In this document: one piece after another, positions 1 through 13,535 of the stretch
How positions within the stretch are numbered: position 1 is the first letter of the stretch
Layout: every line of letters starts with the position of its first letter
Assembly: GCA_951406725.2 (NCBI GenBank)
Contig: OX597842.1
Location: forward strand, 8,060,001-8,124,000
Direction: 5' to 3'
From: Octopus vulgaris
Taxonomy: Eukaryota
Length of the DNA: 64,000 nucleotides
The notes under the pieces: generated by a model
Seen by the model: the letters and a program-made list of their open reading frames with translations, nothing else
Database searches by the model: none
What the model was told of the DNA's origin: nothing
Made by a program: the position numbers and the translations under genes

Positions 1-1519
1 TACTTACACATATATGCAATAGTGAGGCTTAGCGTCGGCATACATACAATGGGTTTAAAACAGCGGAATAAAAATTTTAATGCCATGAGAAATATGACAT
101 GGATATGAATATACACTCACACATACTATATACACGCGCACTATGTACATACATTAACGAAATACAAATGAAACGTATATAAACACACACAAAAGAAATG
201 CCTTTACATTTTATATATACACAGGCATGTATGTGTGTACACACACACACAAATACATATATATTCATAGATTTATGGGTCGGAAGAAGGCGAAACGATA
301 TTAAATGTTGGTTGAAAGAAGCGACTGGGCTAATCCCACCTACCTATACGTATGTATACACACAAATACAGATTTATGAGTGCAGACACGTACACCCACA
401 CCAATATAATACGTATTCATACATTCTCAAAGATGTATGAATGAAGCGACAGAAAAACCGTTATTCTTCTCTTCATGAATTGCTATGAACACCAATCCGT
501 ATACGCTAAATATATAATACACACAATATTATATATATATATATATACATACATAAGCTTACCGGGGCGGTTGCCAACGACAGCTACATAATTTGTCAAC
601 TAATAATATACATACATATATATATATACACACACAGACACGTTAGTTGACTTATTAACCGGTACTGTATATAAATATATACACGCACTCAACGAATAGC
701 GTGTCTATACACCCGGTATTTTATATATGTATATATCTATATACGCACACACTCAATCACTCGCAAACACACGTATATACGAGGCTAAAAGCGTGTTTAA
801 AGAAGGCAACAAAGGCGAAGTAATTAAAGATTTCCAGTGACCAGCGAAAATGTCAGCCATTTCTCCTCCATCTCTACACGTGTGTATGTGTATATAAATT
901 TACACGCAATATATATATCCATACACATATATATTACTATTATTACACACTTCTGAGTAGAAACGAAGGCGTAGAAAAAAGCTGTTTCGCTGACCGCTTT
1001 CTCGACGAATAAATATGCAATGTATATATATATATTTATATACCAATTCCTACCAAACACCCTATGTATAAAAATATACACAAACATACAGTTATAATCT
1101 ATGAGTGTGCCTGTCATTTAAACAGACCCATCTCCATATACACATTCACTCGTTCAGACATGCAATAGAAGTAATAGTATAAAGCAAGAGACAAAAAGCT
1201 GTGCATTACTGACCGTTGCAGCGAAAACCTGCAAATGATATAGGCTGCACCAATATGGCGGCTTTAATAGAGAGACAGACGGGAGAGAAAGAGAGGAATA
1301 GAGTAGAAAGAGAGAGTGAGGGCGGGAAGACGTAAAAAAAAAAAAAAAGTGACAGAGAGAAAGAGTGAGTAAAGGGGGCGACCCACGTGCTGCTGCTGCT
1401 GATGTTGGTGGTGGAAGCGATGAAAGCGACGGAGGTGAGGTTGCTTAAGAGGTAGGACACAGTTGCCTCGCCAGCTGTCTGTCACAGCGACCAGGCAGCC
1501 GGGCGACTGGGAGGAGGTG

Positions 1520-3060
1520 AGAGATGAAGGATAATGGCAGGCGGAGGAAGTGGAGGTTATATGACAATGACAGAGGGGGAGGATTGAGTAGCGGAGTAAG
1601 GGGAGGAGGCAGAGGTTGGCTAGAGAGAGAGAGTTGGAATTGAGGAAGAGATAAACAGAAGCAATTAGTGATGGGAAAGAAATACGAAGTGAATGACACA
1701 GTAAAAGATGGAGAGAGTGTAAGTTAAAGAGAGAGCAAGAAAGAAAAACGATAGGCGTTAGTGTGAGGGGAGGTTTAAAGGTGTTAGTGACAGCATAAGG
1801 GGATGAGGCGAGACATAATGAGAGGAGAGTGTGAGTTAGTAAAAGACATGAAGTGACAGAGTGAGGGAAAGCGATATGCAGTAAAATATGACAGAGTAGC
1901 AGTGAGAGTAGAACAGAAGGGGAGACAGAGCGGGAGTTAATGAAGTTTTTTCTTCTTTTTACGAGGAAGGAAAGTTATTTTTTAAATCTTTTACTTGTTT
2001 CAGTGATCGGATTGCGGCCATACTGGGGCACCGCCTCGAAGAATTTTAATGGAACAAAGCAACCCAGTACTTATTGCACCGGCCTCTTTTGCTGAATCGC
2101 TAAATTACGAGGACGTAAACACACCAACACCGGTTGTCAAGCAGTGATGTAGGGAGGACAAACGGCTACCAAATCCAATCACTAGGCTTTGGTCGACCCA
2201 GAGTTATACAAGGCACTTCCCCAAGATGCCACACAATGGGACTGAACCCGAAATTATATGATTGCAAAGCCAGCTTCTTACCACGGCAATGTTTTAATAG
2301 CAGAAGAAGAACTGGGTTTATTAAATGTGTGAGGAGGAAGACGAAACGTTAGAGCGAGAGAAAAAAGAAGCCAACTGTAAGAAAGAAGAAAGGAAATAGG
2401 AAAATTATATAATGGGAAAGAAAATGGGTGAAAAAATACGAGAGAGAGAACAGTTTAAAAAGAAAGGTGGATAGGAAGACAAAAAAAAAAGAAATGAAGG
2501 CAGTAGCAACTGAAGCAACTTTAAGAGGCAATATAGGAAATGATTTGATTGAGCAGACCCCATATAAGATGGATAAAAGACGGTCGAACTGTGACCAATC
2601 CGTCTTGGTTTTAATTTCTTATTGAGACTAAGATACAGAAAAAGGAAGAAAGATCTGGTAGAGAGAGAGAAGGTGAAAGACAGACAGGAAGAGGAAGAGA
2701 CAAAAAGGAAGTTGGTGGTGGGCTGAGAAAGGGAGGAAGTAGTAGAGAGAGGGGGAAAAGGTGGTAGAAAGAGAAAGGATGTGATAGATAGAAAGGACAA
2801 AGAAGTGGTAGAAAAGAGTGAGGGAGGGAAAAAGTGGAGGCTATGAGCGAAGAGAAGGGGAGGTAATAAGTGGCAGAGGGAGATAGAATCTTAGAGACTG
2901 TAGGAGTGTGTCCTGGTGACAAAAGACAAAGAGTGATGGGATGAGTGAGGTGACAATGAACGCAAAAAAGTGAGGGAAGGAGTAGAGAGAGAGGGAGAAG
3001 AGCGGCACGTGGCACACAGAAGGGGAGCAATCGTTACAGAATGAAAGAAAAACTGAGGAC
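1520..3060. repeat. GA-rich polypurine low-complexity tracts (1520-1940, 2350-3060)
   Basis: Plus strand almost only G/A; the F/L/S/P-rich minus-strand ORFs are artefacts of this composition. Confidence 0.85.
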
Positions 3061-3550
3061 AAAGCCAAGATAAAATTGGGGAAGACGTGACGCAGCATAA
3101 TGGTGAGATAAAAACAATTTAGCCCTGGGCAGTCTTGATCATGAGGACCAATAGTCAAAGCTGTTCCAGTAATGACCATCACATCTATTTTACAATCTAC
3201 TGTATTCCAGTGCTATAATTGAAGTAAGGTGTCGTTGTGTGACATGGTGTAGGTGCAGGCATGGGTTGTATGGTAAGAAGCTTGCCTTTCCTTTCGGGGT
3301 CGATAAATTAGGTACCAGTTACGCACTGAGGTCGATGTAATCGACTTAATCCATTTGAGTGTCCTTGTTTGTACCCTCTATGTTTAGCCCCTTGTGGGCA
3401 ATAAAGAAATAAGAAGCTTGCTTCCCAACCAGATTATTCCATGTTTAGTCCCACTGTGTGGTCCTTAGGGCAAATGTCTTTCCCTATAGACAGATATATC
3501 AAATACCATGCAATATAAATTCTTGATTTATAGAAACTTCAACCTTTACA

Positions 3551-3951
3551 GGCATAGGAGTGGCTGTGTGGTAAGTAGCTTGCTTACGAATCACTTGGTT
3601 CCGGGTTCAGTCCCACTGCGTAGCACCTTGGGCAAGTGTCTTCTACTATAGCATCGGGCTGACCAAAACCTTGTGAGTAGATTTGGTAGACGGAAACTGA
3701 AAGAAGCCTGTCGTATATATGTATATATACATGTGTGTGTGTGTGTTTGAGTGTCTGTGTTTGTCCCCCCAACATCGCTTGACAACTGATGCTGGTGTGT
3801 TTACGACCCCGTGACTTAGCAGTTCAGCAAAAGAGCCCGATAGAATAAGTACTAGGCTTACAACGAATAAGTCCTGGGGTCGATTTGCTCGACTAAAGGC
3901 GGTGCTCCAGCATGGCCACAGTCAAATAACTGAAACAAGTAAAAGAGTAAA
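3551..3951 (+). mobile_element. tRNA-derived CORE-like SINE, family A (representative full-length copy)
   Basis: A-box-like tggctgtgtggtaa, B-box-like ggttcagtccc, CORE-like gcaccttgggcaagtgtctt, central (TA)n(TG)n, tail ...gaaacaagtaaaagag. Near-identical copies recur 35+ times, e.g. + 6430, 17328, 18416, 20668, 26510, 31998, 43700, 45236, 47824, 48664, 51313, 53670, 56141, 56911, 57672, 58243, 58747; - 1985, 7104, 12810, 13288, 22830, 49095, 49998, 52790, 59680. Confidence 0.9.
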
Positions 3952-4039
3952 TAGTTTAGGTGTGCCATAATCACGAAATAGTAATGAGAAGGAGATAACT
4001 GCAAGAATAAAAACTACTCCAAAATTGACAAGCCATTAA

Positions 4040-4146
4040 CCTTTAGCACACTGCATTTTCTCTACAATTGTCTTCCCTGCCACTGTCCTGTTACTAGAAG
4101 GGAGAAAACTCTATGGTAACATAATGCACCTCCAGTATGCTAAAGG
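4040..4146. mobile_element. piggyBac-like MITE
   Basis: TTAA at 4036-4039 and 4147-4150; TIR cctttagca/tgctaaagg. Confidence 0.7.
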
Positions 4147-4341
4147 TTAAAAAAAGAAGACAGGTTTATTGGCTGAAGATAACGAGGACATTTGTGAACA
4201 GGTTTCTGCTTCAATATGTATCCTCAGCATGGTGTTTGTCCTGAAATATCCCCAGTTCTCAAAAGACTTAGACTTATACAAAAGGGCCAAAGTAATTTAC
4301 ATGATTTAAACAAAAATGAGCTAAGAGAAATTTGCTTGGAT

Positions 4342-4790
4342 TTATTTCTTTACTACCCACAAGGGGACAAACAGATTAAGTCAATTATATTGACCCCAGT
4401 ACATAACTGGTACTTATTTAATCAACCCCGAAAGGATGAAAAGCAAAGTTGACCTCGGAGGAATTTGAACTCACAACATAGCGGCAGACGAAATACTGCT
4501 AAGCATTTCGCCCGGCGTGCTAACAATTCTGCCAGCTCACTGCCTTTATACAGGTATATCAAATACCTATTTCTTTACTGCCCACAAGGGGCCAAACAGA
4601 GAGAGGGCAAATAAGGACAAACAGATTAAGTCGATTATATCGACTCCAGTATGTAACTGGTACTTAATATATCAACCCCGAAAGGATGAAAGGCAAAGTT
4701 GACCTCGGAGGAATTTGAACTCAGAACGTAGTGGCAGACGAAATACCACTAAGCATCTCGCCCGGCGTGCTAACGTTTCCGCCAGCTCGC
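4342..4790 (-). mobile_element. Two tandem copies of SINE family B (Nin/Deu-like central domain)
   Basis: Reverse complement of ggcgagctggcagaa...gagttcaaattcc...gcctttcatcctttcggggtcgat...gtaccag...aaagaaata present twice. Confidence 0.85.
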
Positions 4791-5138
4791 ATCCAGGTAT
4801 ACCAAATACTAATTAACAAACTTTCGACTTCTTAAACTCACCTCTGCCTCTAGAGGACGTGCCAGGATTACCAAATGGCAATTAAGGGAGGGGGGATAAT
4901 CTCAAGAACAAAGAATACTCCCAGGAACAAGCTTATTGTTTGGGGGTAAGAGGACAATCTTGGACACATTTCTGCTGGGCCATGGAAATTTGCATGATTT
5001 AAACAAAACTGAGCTAAGAGAAATAACAATGGTTGGCCACAATCTCGCAAACTTACTCTCCCACCTGCCCTCTCTAATTCCTGGTCCACTTCAATATATA
5101 CACCTCCCTGTAACTTGGGTGTGTACCTTGCCACTTCT

Positions 5139-5541
5139 TCATCATCATCATCATTGTTCGACCATGGTTGAGACAATGGAATTTACCATGCTACGCCAGA
5201 CTTCACGGTCCATCATGGCATTACGGAGGTCCTGTTGCTGGATGCCTGTATCCCTGGAGATTACATCAGGGTAGGAGAGTGTGCGCCCTCTGGTATTGCG
5301 AGTAGATGGCTTCCAGAGGAGAAGAGTAGAAATTACCTCGTTTTCAGCTCTACAACAATGTCCAGCAAACTGGACTCTCCTACCTTTCACAAGAGATGAC
5401 ACAGGTGGTAGATTCCCATATATTTGTACTTTGGTTGGATGACGCTTCCACGAGAGATTTTGAGCTTCATAAGGAGGCAAGTGTAGGTTCCTTCCAACTG
5501 CCTCTCAAGCTTCTTTGATAACATCCAGGTTTCTGAGCCAT
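5139..5541 (-). mobile_element. 5'-truncated RTE-clade LINE, 3' end (second RTE family)
   Basis: GSETW...(frameshift)...RRVQFAGHCCR...LLLWKP...MMDREVWR C-terminus; stop at 5151 followed by (TGA)n tail. Confidence 0.85.
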
Positions 5542-7103
5542 CTTATCTCTCTCTCTCCAACTGAGGTGTCCATGTATCTCCTCTACTGTGAGACACCTAT
5601 TTCTATCCCCCTATTCATACTCTGACTTCTCATCACCTGACACAAAACCACCTTCCTCAATACTACTCTGCCCCTTGGATGAAGAGTGCTTGTTTTGCAA
5701 GTTACTGTGATCTCAAAGCTGTTGCTGCCTCATAAAAAAACCCCACAGTACCCTCTGTAAAGTGGTTGACATTAAGAAGGGCATCCAACTGTAGAAACAA
5801 ACCATGGTAAAGAGGACAGTAGAGCTTGGTCTATTCTTCTGACTTGCTAGTTCCTGTGAAACCATCCAACTCATACCAGCATGGAAAACGGACATTGAAT
5901 GATGGTGATACACACACACATCTTCACCATCTTTTCTGTCTCTGTACTCTTTTCCCACAGGTTTTCCCTCCAAAGCAAATCTCTCAATATCACTCCCTCT
6001 CTCAATAGAGGGGCTCTTGTTTTGCAGGTTACTTGATCTCACTGCTGCCTCATAAAAAAAAAAAAAACAGCCAGAACCCACTGTAAAGTGGGTTGTCATT
6101 ATCAAGGGCATCCAGCCATGGTCGGCCCGAGGCTATATAGTAGAAGACACTTGCCCAACATTCCACGCAGTGGGACTGAACCCAGAACCATGTGGTACCA
6201 AAGCACACAGCAGGGATTGGGGCAGTCTTTTGCAAAACCATCCAACCAATGCCAGCATAAAGAATGGACATTAAATGAAGAGGATGTATTTAGGGGATAA
6301 CTTATTGTCTTTTCTTTTTTCAAGATTGTAGATATGATTTGAGAGACATTTGACTGCTGTTTCTAACACATTTGGTGATAAGTTGTTTAAGTGAAGGACC
6401 AATAAGACCTATGATCAAAGTTGTTCCAGATGTGGTGGTAAGTAGCTTGCTTACAAACCACATAGTTCCAGGTTCAGTCCTACTGCGTGACACCTTGGGC
6501 AAGTGTCTTCCATTATAGCCTCAGGCCAACCAAAGCCTTATGAGTGGATTTGGTAGACGGAAACTGAAAGAAGCCCGTCGTATATATGTATGTGTGTGTA
6601 TAAGTTTGTGTGTCTGTGTTTGTTCCCCCAACGTCACTTGACAACCGATGCTGGTGTGTTTACATCCCCGTAACTTAGAGGTTCAGCAAAAGAGACCGAT
6701 AGAATAAGTACTAGGCTTACAAAGAATAAGTCCTGGGGTTGATTTGCTCGACTAAAGGCAGTGCTCCAGCATGGCCACAGTCACATGACAAGTAAAAGAG
6801 TATCCCATTTTTCATTCAGGCATAGCATATCAAGGACTACATTATCTAATGTATAGTATAGCAGTTAGTATTAGTGGCTATAACTGTTGTTGTTTAGCCC
6901 TAGGTCAGTCCTGATCCAATGATCAAAGTCGTTATATTTGTGACCAACCTTTCTTATATTCAAACATGGTCTATTTAGAAATAAGCATAATTACATATAA
7001 AGCTGTAGCAGTTTAGCCCCAGGTCAGTATGATCCAGTAGGCCTATGATCAAAGGTGTTTCATCAATGACCATCCTGGCATTTCCTTCATTTACGACTAC
7101 ATT

Positions 7104-7286
7104 ACTCTTTTACTTGATTCAGTCATTTGACTGCGGCCATGCTGGAGCACCGCCTTTAATCGAGCAACTCGACCCTAGGACTTATTCTGTCGGTCTCTTT
7201 TGCCGAATCGCTAAGTAAGTAATGGGGACATAAACACACCAGCATCGGTTGTCAAGCAATGCTAGGGGGACAAACACACACATGCA

Positions 7287-7324
<38 letters not shown>

Positions 7325-7500
7325 CATATACACACACACACATATTCTTTCAGTTTCCGTCTACCAAATCCACTCACAAGGCTTTGGTTGGCCCTGGGCC
7401 ATAGCAGAAGACACTTGCCCAAGATGCCACGCAGTGGGACTGAACCCGGAACCATGTGGTTGCTAGACAAGCTACTTACCACACAGCCATTCCTGCGCCT
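7104..7500 (-). mobile_element. SINE family A, full length
   Basis: Reverse complement of the 3551-3951 element. Confidence 0.9.
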
Positions 7501-7899
7501 ATAAATTATTCAACATCTAAATTTAATTTAAAATCCAAGATGCAATTTGAAGGAGATTCAGCTACTATTTCTAGCAGGTTGATCAACCAAGTGGGTTGCT
7601 GTTGTTTAGCCCCAGGTCAGGCCTCACAGAGCAGATCTCTGATCAAAGCTTCATGTTCCATACATGATCAATAGGACCCACATTACTGAATGCACTTGAT
7701 TTTTAAGAAAGTGAGGTGTGGTTTATGAGATTTGGCTGTTATCTCTAGAATGAAGAGGTACTTCTGTGAGGCGATGGGGTTAAAAACGATAGAGATGGTG
7801 GTGGGAGTGGCAGACGATAACGAAGCAACTTAGAGGCAATCAGGAAGCAGTAAGCAATTTGTGTTGTCATTACAGAGGTAACGTGGTGGTGGTAATTGG

Positions 7900-8540
7900 A
7901 GTTGTGGGAAGAGGGATAAAATAGGAATGGCAGCAACCGGAAGTTAGTGAGTAGCAGGAGGAGAGAGAGCAAATGAACGGAAAGCCGGTATGATAGAGAG
8001 AAGAAAGAAGAACGAAGGGAGGAAGACACGAAGGCTGGGAGATAGGGAGAGATAGTAAAAGAAATGGGGGAGGAGGGAGAGTAGAGAAGAATGAGTGAAA
8101 GAGGAAAGGTTGAGATGTAGAGAGAGGGAGGAAGATGAAAAAGAGAGAAGAGATAAGGGGAATGTGAGAAAAAGGGAGGGAAAAGAAAGGAAAGAAAGAT
8201 AAATGGAGGTAAGGGAGACTATAGATGAGGGAGAGAGGGAAAGTGGAAATGGAAGAGAGAAAAGGAAGTGAAAAAATATGGTAAGACAAAGAGAGAGAAA
8301 AAACGAAAGGAGGGGGAAGAGATATAAAGGGAGGTAAGAGAAGCTAAAGGAGGTGGTGAGAGAAGTAAAAGAGTAAAGAGACAGAAAGAGGGGGAAGAGC
8401 TAAGAGGCAAGAGAAAGGAATGGAGAAGAGAGAAAAGGTGAAGGGGAAGATAAGGAGAGGGGGAAAAAGAAAGAGAAGCAATAAAAGGAAGGAACAGAGG
8501 TAAGAGGCAAGAGAAAGGAAGAGGAGGAAAAAACAATAGC
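7900..8540. repeat. GA-rich polypurine tract
   Basis: Composition. Confidence 0.85.
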
Positions 8541-8903
8541 GAAAAGTAAATCTTTCCTTCATGGTACCTGCATCTGGACAGGTAGAGAGATGATCATCAC
8601 AAATGGAAACCCAGTTATTTAGCCCTGAGTCAATCTTCACCATACAGACATAAGCAAATGTGTTACTACTATGACCATCCACTGTGATGGGGGGGGGGGG
8701 GACAGTACGTAGCATTAAATTAAAGAAGTAGGAACATGTGTGGCTGTGTGGTAAGAAGCTCGCTTCCCAGCCACATGATTCTGGGTTCACTCCCATTGTG
8801 TGGCACCTTGGCCAAGCGACTTCTGCTATAGCCTAAGGCTGACTAAAATCTTGTGAGTGAGTTTACTAGACAGATACTGAAAGAAGCTCGTTGTGTGTAT
8901 GTA

Positions 8904-8962
<59 letters not shown>

Positions 8963-9154
8963 CCAGGAGTGAAATTTAGGATTTCTTGGTTTTCTGAAAA
9001 TCGATTTTGATAAAACCTTTCCCAGCTGGTCTGCACACTATGACAACACCATTGTTATGTTTTCATTATTCTGTGTAACGTCCTTTCTTTTTCATTTCAG
9101 ATTCTTCAGTTTTTAGGTGAACCAAGCTAATAGCATCTCTCCTCTCTAAGAACA

Positions 9155-10753
9155 ATGGGACGCGGAAAAGGCCTTAACAATAAAGAAAAGTCTGTCGTCA
9201 TCAAGGAGAGTGCTAAAGGCACCTCTCTTCAGGTCACCGCGGAGAAGTTAGATTGTCATGTGGACATGGTTAGATGATTTCTGAAGGACCCTTCACCAAA
9301 GAAGAAATGATCTGAATATGAGACCTCCAAGTGTGACAGGTAGGGATTTAAGGAATATTGACTGCAATTTATATGGGAAATCTGGACAAACCGTGATGGT
9401 CCTCTGGAGGACATTCATCTTCAGCTCCATGGATTACTGCTCACAGCTATGGTCACCCAACAGTGTGAAATTAACAGCAGACCTTGAAGCAACCCAGAGA
9501 AGATTCACAAAGAAGATTGTCCTTTGGCAACTGCTCAGCTACTGGGAAAGGTTGAAACAGCTAAGACTCTACTCCCTGGAGAGAAGGCAGGAGAGGTATG
9601 CAGTAATATATATCTGGAAGATCCTGGAAGAAATTGTGCCAAATTTTGGCATTGAAAGCTACACCAATGCCAGAACAGGACGATACTGCATAGTGCCAAA
9701 GATCCCCGCAATGCCATCATGCTTCAGGACCAGTTATTGCAACAGCCTGGGTTTCAAGGGCCCACAGCTTTTTAATATTCTACCAAAGAGCATGAAGAAC
9801 CTGCACAAAGTAGATGTAGGCCTTTTTAAATCAAAGCTGGACCTCTTCCTGTCAAGAGTCCCAGATGAACCTACATCACGGCAAGAGGTGCAAATGAGGG
9901 AGGCTATATCAAATTCCATTCTTCACCAAGTGCCACATATTCGAGGAGGCTCTCAGAAATAACAGTGTAGCAAAACAGCGGTGCATCAGCATGGCCGCAG
10001 CACTGAGCTGAAACTACAGTAAAAAAAAAAGCAAAGCCATTTTCACCGCCTCTGAACTTCCTCATGTACAGAAAACCACCAGAAATCGCATCCTCGAGAC
10101 CATGGCTTCTATGCAAGAACCCCTTTAACTGTCTCCTTTAATACCCCATCAATGGTCTTGAAAGTACAGGATGTTAGACACAAGTTGTGTTCTGTTCACT
10201 GACAGAAACAGGGCAAACCTTGATAGACCTGACGACTGGGCAAATAGTTGGGTCTATTTTGGAGATGAGTATCACTGTTTACAACATCAGCAACAGGGTG
10301 GTGGGGTCATGTGGGCTGGTATCATTGGGGACAGACTTGTTGGCCCAGTCGTGGTGCCGGAAGGGGTTAAAGTGACCACAGCCGCCTACTGCAATCTCCT
10401 GAAGGTGCTCTTGGATCCCTGGCTAGATGACATACTGCTGTCACTTCTAAGGAATCTCGTATTCATGCATGACAATGCTCCCTTCCACTCTGCTAGGACC
10501 ACCCAAACATTACTAGGGTCTTACGATATACAAGGTAAAAGGCTGTGGGTGTAGCTGCCAGCATCTCCGGATCTCAAACCTGTCGAAAATCTTTGGCCAT
10601 CATTAAACAAGACGTTTATGCCGATAGATGCCAATTTACATCAAAGCTGTAGCTGCAGCAGTCCAACCTGCTACTATTAAGGAATTCACAGATTCCATGA
10701 CTAATAGGGTTTTTGAAGTTATCCTTCGAAATGGCACTCATGCAGCTAAATAA
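9155..10753 (+). pseudogene. Tc1-like DDE transposase pseudogene (interrupted 9391-10030)
   Basis: ORF 10171-10554 carries FTD and HDNAP motifs; PDLKPVENLW follows a stop codon; HTH-like N-terminus has an in-frame stop. Confidence 0.85.
9391..10030 (+). mobile_element. 5'-truncated CR1/L2-group LINE, ORF2 C-terminus
   Basis: DYCSQLWSP...LEATQRRFTK...SYWERLKQLRLYSLERR...FKSKLDLFL; A-rich tail 10021-10030; Tc1 sequence resumes on both sides (ggacaaac|aagcaaagcc). Confidence 0.88.
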
Positions 10754-10799
10754 TTCATTATGTCAATGTTAAAATATTATTATGGTTTTCTGTTAAATA

Positions 10800-11216
10800 T
10801 ATTTCTTTACTACCCACAAGGAGCTAAGCACAGAGAGGACAAACTAGAACAGACAAACGAACTGAGTCGATTACATCGACCCCAGTGAGTAACTGGAACT
10901 TAATTTATCAACCCCGAAAGGATGAAAGGCAAAGTCGACCTCAGCGGAATTTGAACTCAGAACGTAGCGGCAAACGAAATACCTATTTCTTTACTACCCA
11001 CAAGGGGCTAAACACAGAAAGGACAAACAAGGACAGACAAACGGATTAAGTCGATTACATCGACCCCAGTGCGTAACTGGTACTTAATTTATCAACCCCA
11101 AAAGGATGAAAGGCAAAGTCGACCTCAGTGGAATTTGAACCCAGAACGTAACAGCAGATGAAATACTGCTCAGCATTTCGCCCAGCGCGCTAACGTTTCT
11201 GCCAGCTCACCGCCTT
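10800..11216 (-). mobile_element. SINE family B, dimeric form
   Basis: Two tandem bodies joined at cgaaatacctatttcttt; flanking direct repeat taaatatat. Confidence 0.85.
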
Positions 11217-11529
11217 TAAATATATATTTCTGTTAAATATATACTCAATGCATGCTTGATATGTATCTTTACCCTTAATTTCCTAAATATAAATGTCTAG
11301 ATGGGCTATTTTCATTCAAAAGCTATCAGTGTGGTTCACCCCAAAAGCTGAAAAATCTAGAATAAAAAAGAAAGGTCATTACACAGAATACCAAAAACAT
11401 AAAAAGGGTGTTGCCATAGTGTGAAAACCAGCTGGGAAAAGCTTTATCAAAGTCAAACCACAGAAAACCAAGACATCTTAAATTTCACTCCTAAGCGTGG
11501 TTCTGGGTGTGTATGTGTGTGTGTATATG

Positions 11530-11568
<39 letters not shown>

Positions 11569-12077
11569 ATATATATATATATATACATATATATATCTAT
11601 ATATATACATATATATATATATATATACATACATATACACACACACACACAACAGGCTTCTTTCAGTTTCTGTCAACCGAGTGGGCGTGTTTCTCCCCAC
11701 TTGGAAGTACAGGGGCCTCGCTGTACTCTTTCACCACAACTTTCTCTCACTCTTTCTTCCTACTTCAGCCACAAAGCAGAGGAACCATGGTGTAACCCAC
11801 TAAGGTGTGGTAAAACTTTCAGACCCTAGTCTAGATTGTGAATCCTCTATACCCGAGGATGGTTCAGCTCTCCACCCATTAAAAAGCCACCATTTACAGA
11901 ATGAAGATAACAACGTAGCTTTTGCACCCGTGCAACCGCCAGTCTATCGCATGTGGTGGGTGGATCTTCAAGTTACCACACGCATTCTTAGTAGCTTAGA
12001 GTAGGCTCAAATTAGAGATTACTCTTTGTGGCTAATGACAGAGTCCTGATTGGAAGAAGAAGAAGACAGCAGCCAGA

Positions 12078-12270
12078 AGTGGAGGCACAATGGCCCAGGG
12101 GTTAGGGCAGCTGACTCGCGGTCGTAAGAACACAGTTTCGATTCCCAGTCAGGGCATTGTGAGTGTTTATTGAGCAAAAACCCCTAAGCTCCATGAGGTT
12201 CCGGCGTGGGGTGGGTGGGTGAACCCCACTGTACTCTTTCACCACAATTTTCTCTCACTCTTTCTTCCTA
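12078..12270 (+). mobile_element. tRNA-derived SINE family C
   Basis: gtggaggcacaatggccc...ggttagggcag...ttcgattccc head; related copies at 42300-42507 (-), 45580-45880 (+), 19390-19635 (-). Confidence 0.75.
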
Positions 12271-12445
12271 CTTCTGCCACAAAGCAGAGGAACCATGGTG
12301 TAACTCACTATAGTGCCACACGCACTCTTAGAGTAGGCTCGAATTAGAGATTACTCTTTGTGGCTAATGGTGTAAGTCCTGATAAGAAGAAGAAGACAGC
12401 AGCATTGTCCCAGATATATGAACAATATTTTGGTATGGTCTACAG

Positions 12446-12697
12446 CAATGGTTCTAAAAGTGGGTAGTGGAAAATTCCAAGGGGGCGTTGAACTGGGGTG
12501 ATAACAAGGAATCAATTCATGTAAAAAGTGGGGCAATAATGGGGTGGTGATTCATGTAAAAAATAATGGGTCCATTAGGTTAAGTTTTACTTATGAAACA
12601 CAGTTGCTTTGAATTTGCTTCAGAAAGAGGGGTATGTTTGTGATGGTTAGTTGGGGTGGGAGCACTAGGAATGTGGCCGAAAGTGTGGGAGCCACTG
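12446..12697. mobile_element. hAT (Charlie-like) MITE
   Basis: 8-bp TSD gtctacag at 12438-12445 and 12698-12705; termini caatggttct / ggagccactg. Confidence 0.8.
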
Positions 12698-13018
12698 GTC
12701 TACAGAGACTGCCAATAATTTTTTTTGACTATGGATTCCTTAGGTTCTTATTTTACTCTACTGGACCTCCAAAGCCATTCACTGTATATTCTTTTTTGTT
12801 TTTTTCTTTTATTAGTTTCAGTCATTTGACTGCAGCCATGCTGGAGCACTGCTCTAAAGGGTTTCTTAGTTGAAGAAATTGACCCCACGACTTATTTTTT
12901 GTAAAACCAGTACTTATTCAATCAGTCTCTTTTTGCTGAACTGTTAATGTTACAAGGGCATAAACACACCAACATCGGTTGTCAAGCTATGGTGGGGGGA
13001 CAGACAGACACACACGCG

Positions 13019-13069
<51 letters not shown>

Positions 13070-13535
13070 ACAGGCTTCTTTCAGTTTATGTCTACCAAAT
13101 CCATCCATAAGGCTTTGGTTGGTCCAAGGCTATAGTAGAAGACATTTGCCCAAGGTGCCACACAGTGGGACTGAACCTGGAACAATTTGGTTAGGAACCA
13201 AGCTTCTTACCATACAACCATGCCTGCACTTTTATATATATAAAATTACTGTATTTTTATAATTAAATATTAGAATTAATTTTTAATGTTTTACTTGTTT
13301 CAGTCATTAGAGTGTGGCCATGCTGGAGCACCCCATCAAGAATTTTTAATTGAATGAATCAACCCCAGTACTGAGTATTTTCTTTCTTTCTTTTAAGCTT
13401 GTTACTTATTCTATCAGTCTCTTAAGTCAAACTGCTAAGTTACAGGAATGTCAACAAACAAACACCAACTGTCAAGCAGTAGTGGGGGACAAACACAGAT
13501 CCAAACACACACACATGATGGGCTTCTTTCAGTTT

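Larger units (their letters stand above)
8957..11511 (+). mobile_element. Decayed Tc1-family DNA transposon with ~175-bp TIRs; nested CR1 and SINE insertions
   Basis: 8963-9135 is the reverse complement of 11322-11494; transposase remnants MGRGKGL... (ATG 9155) and VLFTD...GGGVMWAGI...FMHDNAPFH...SPDLKPVENLW with stops and frameshifts. Confidence 0.9.

Noticed and set aside
3551-3625. tRNA-like heads as functional tRNA genes
   Set aside because: They continue into SINE bodies and lack a complete cloverleaf; treated as SINE promoters
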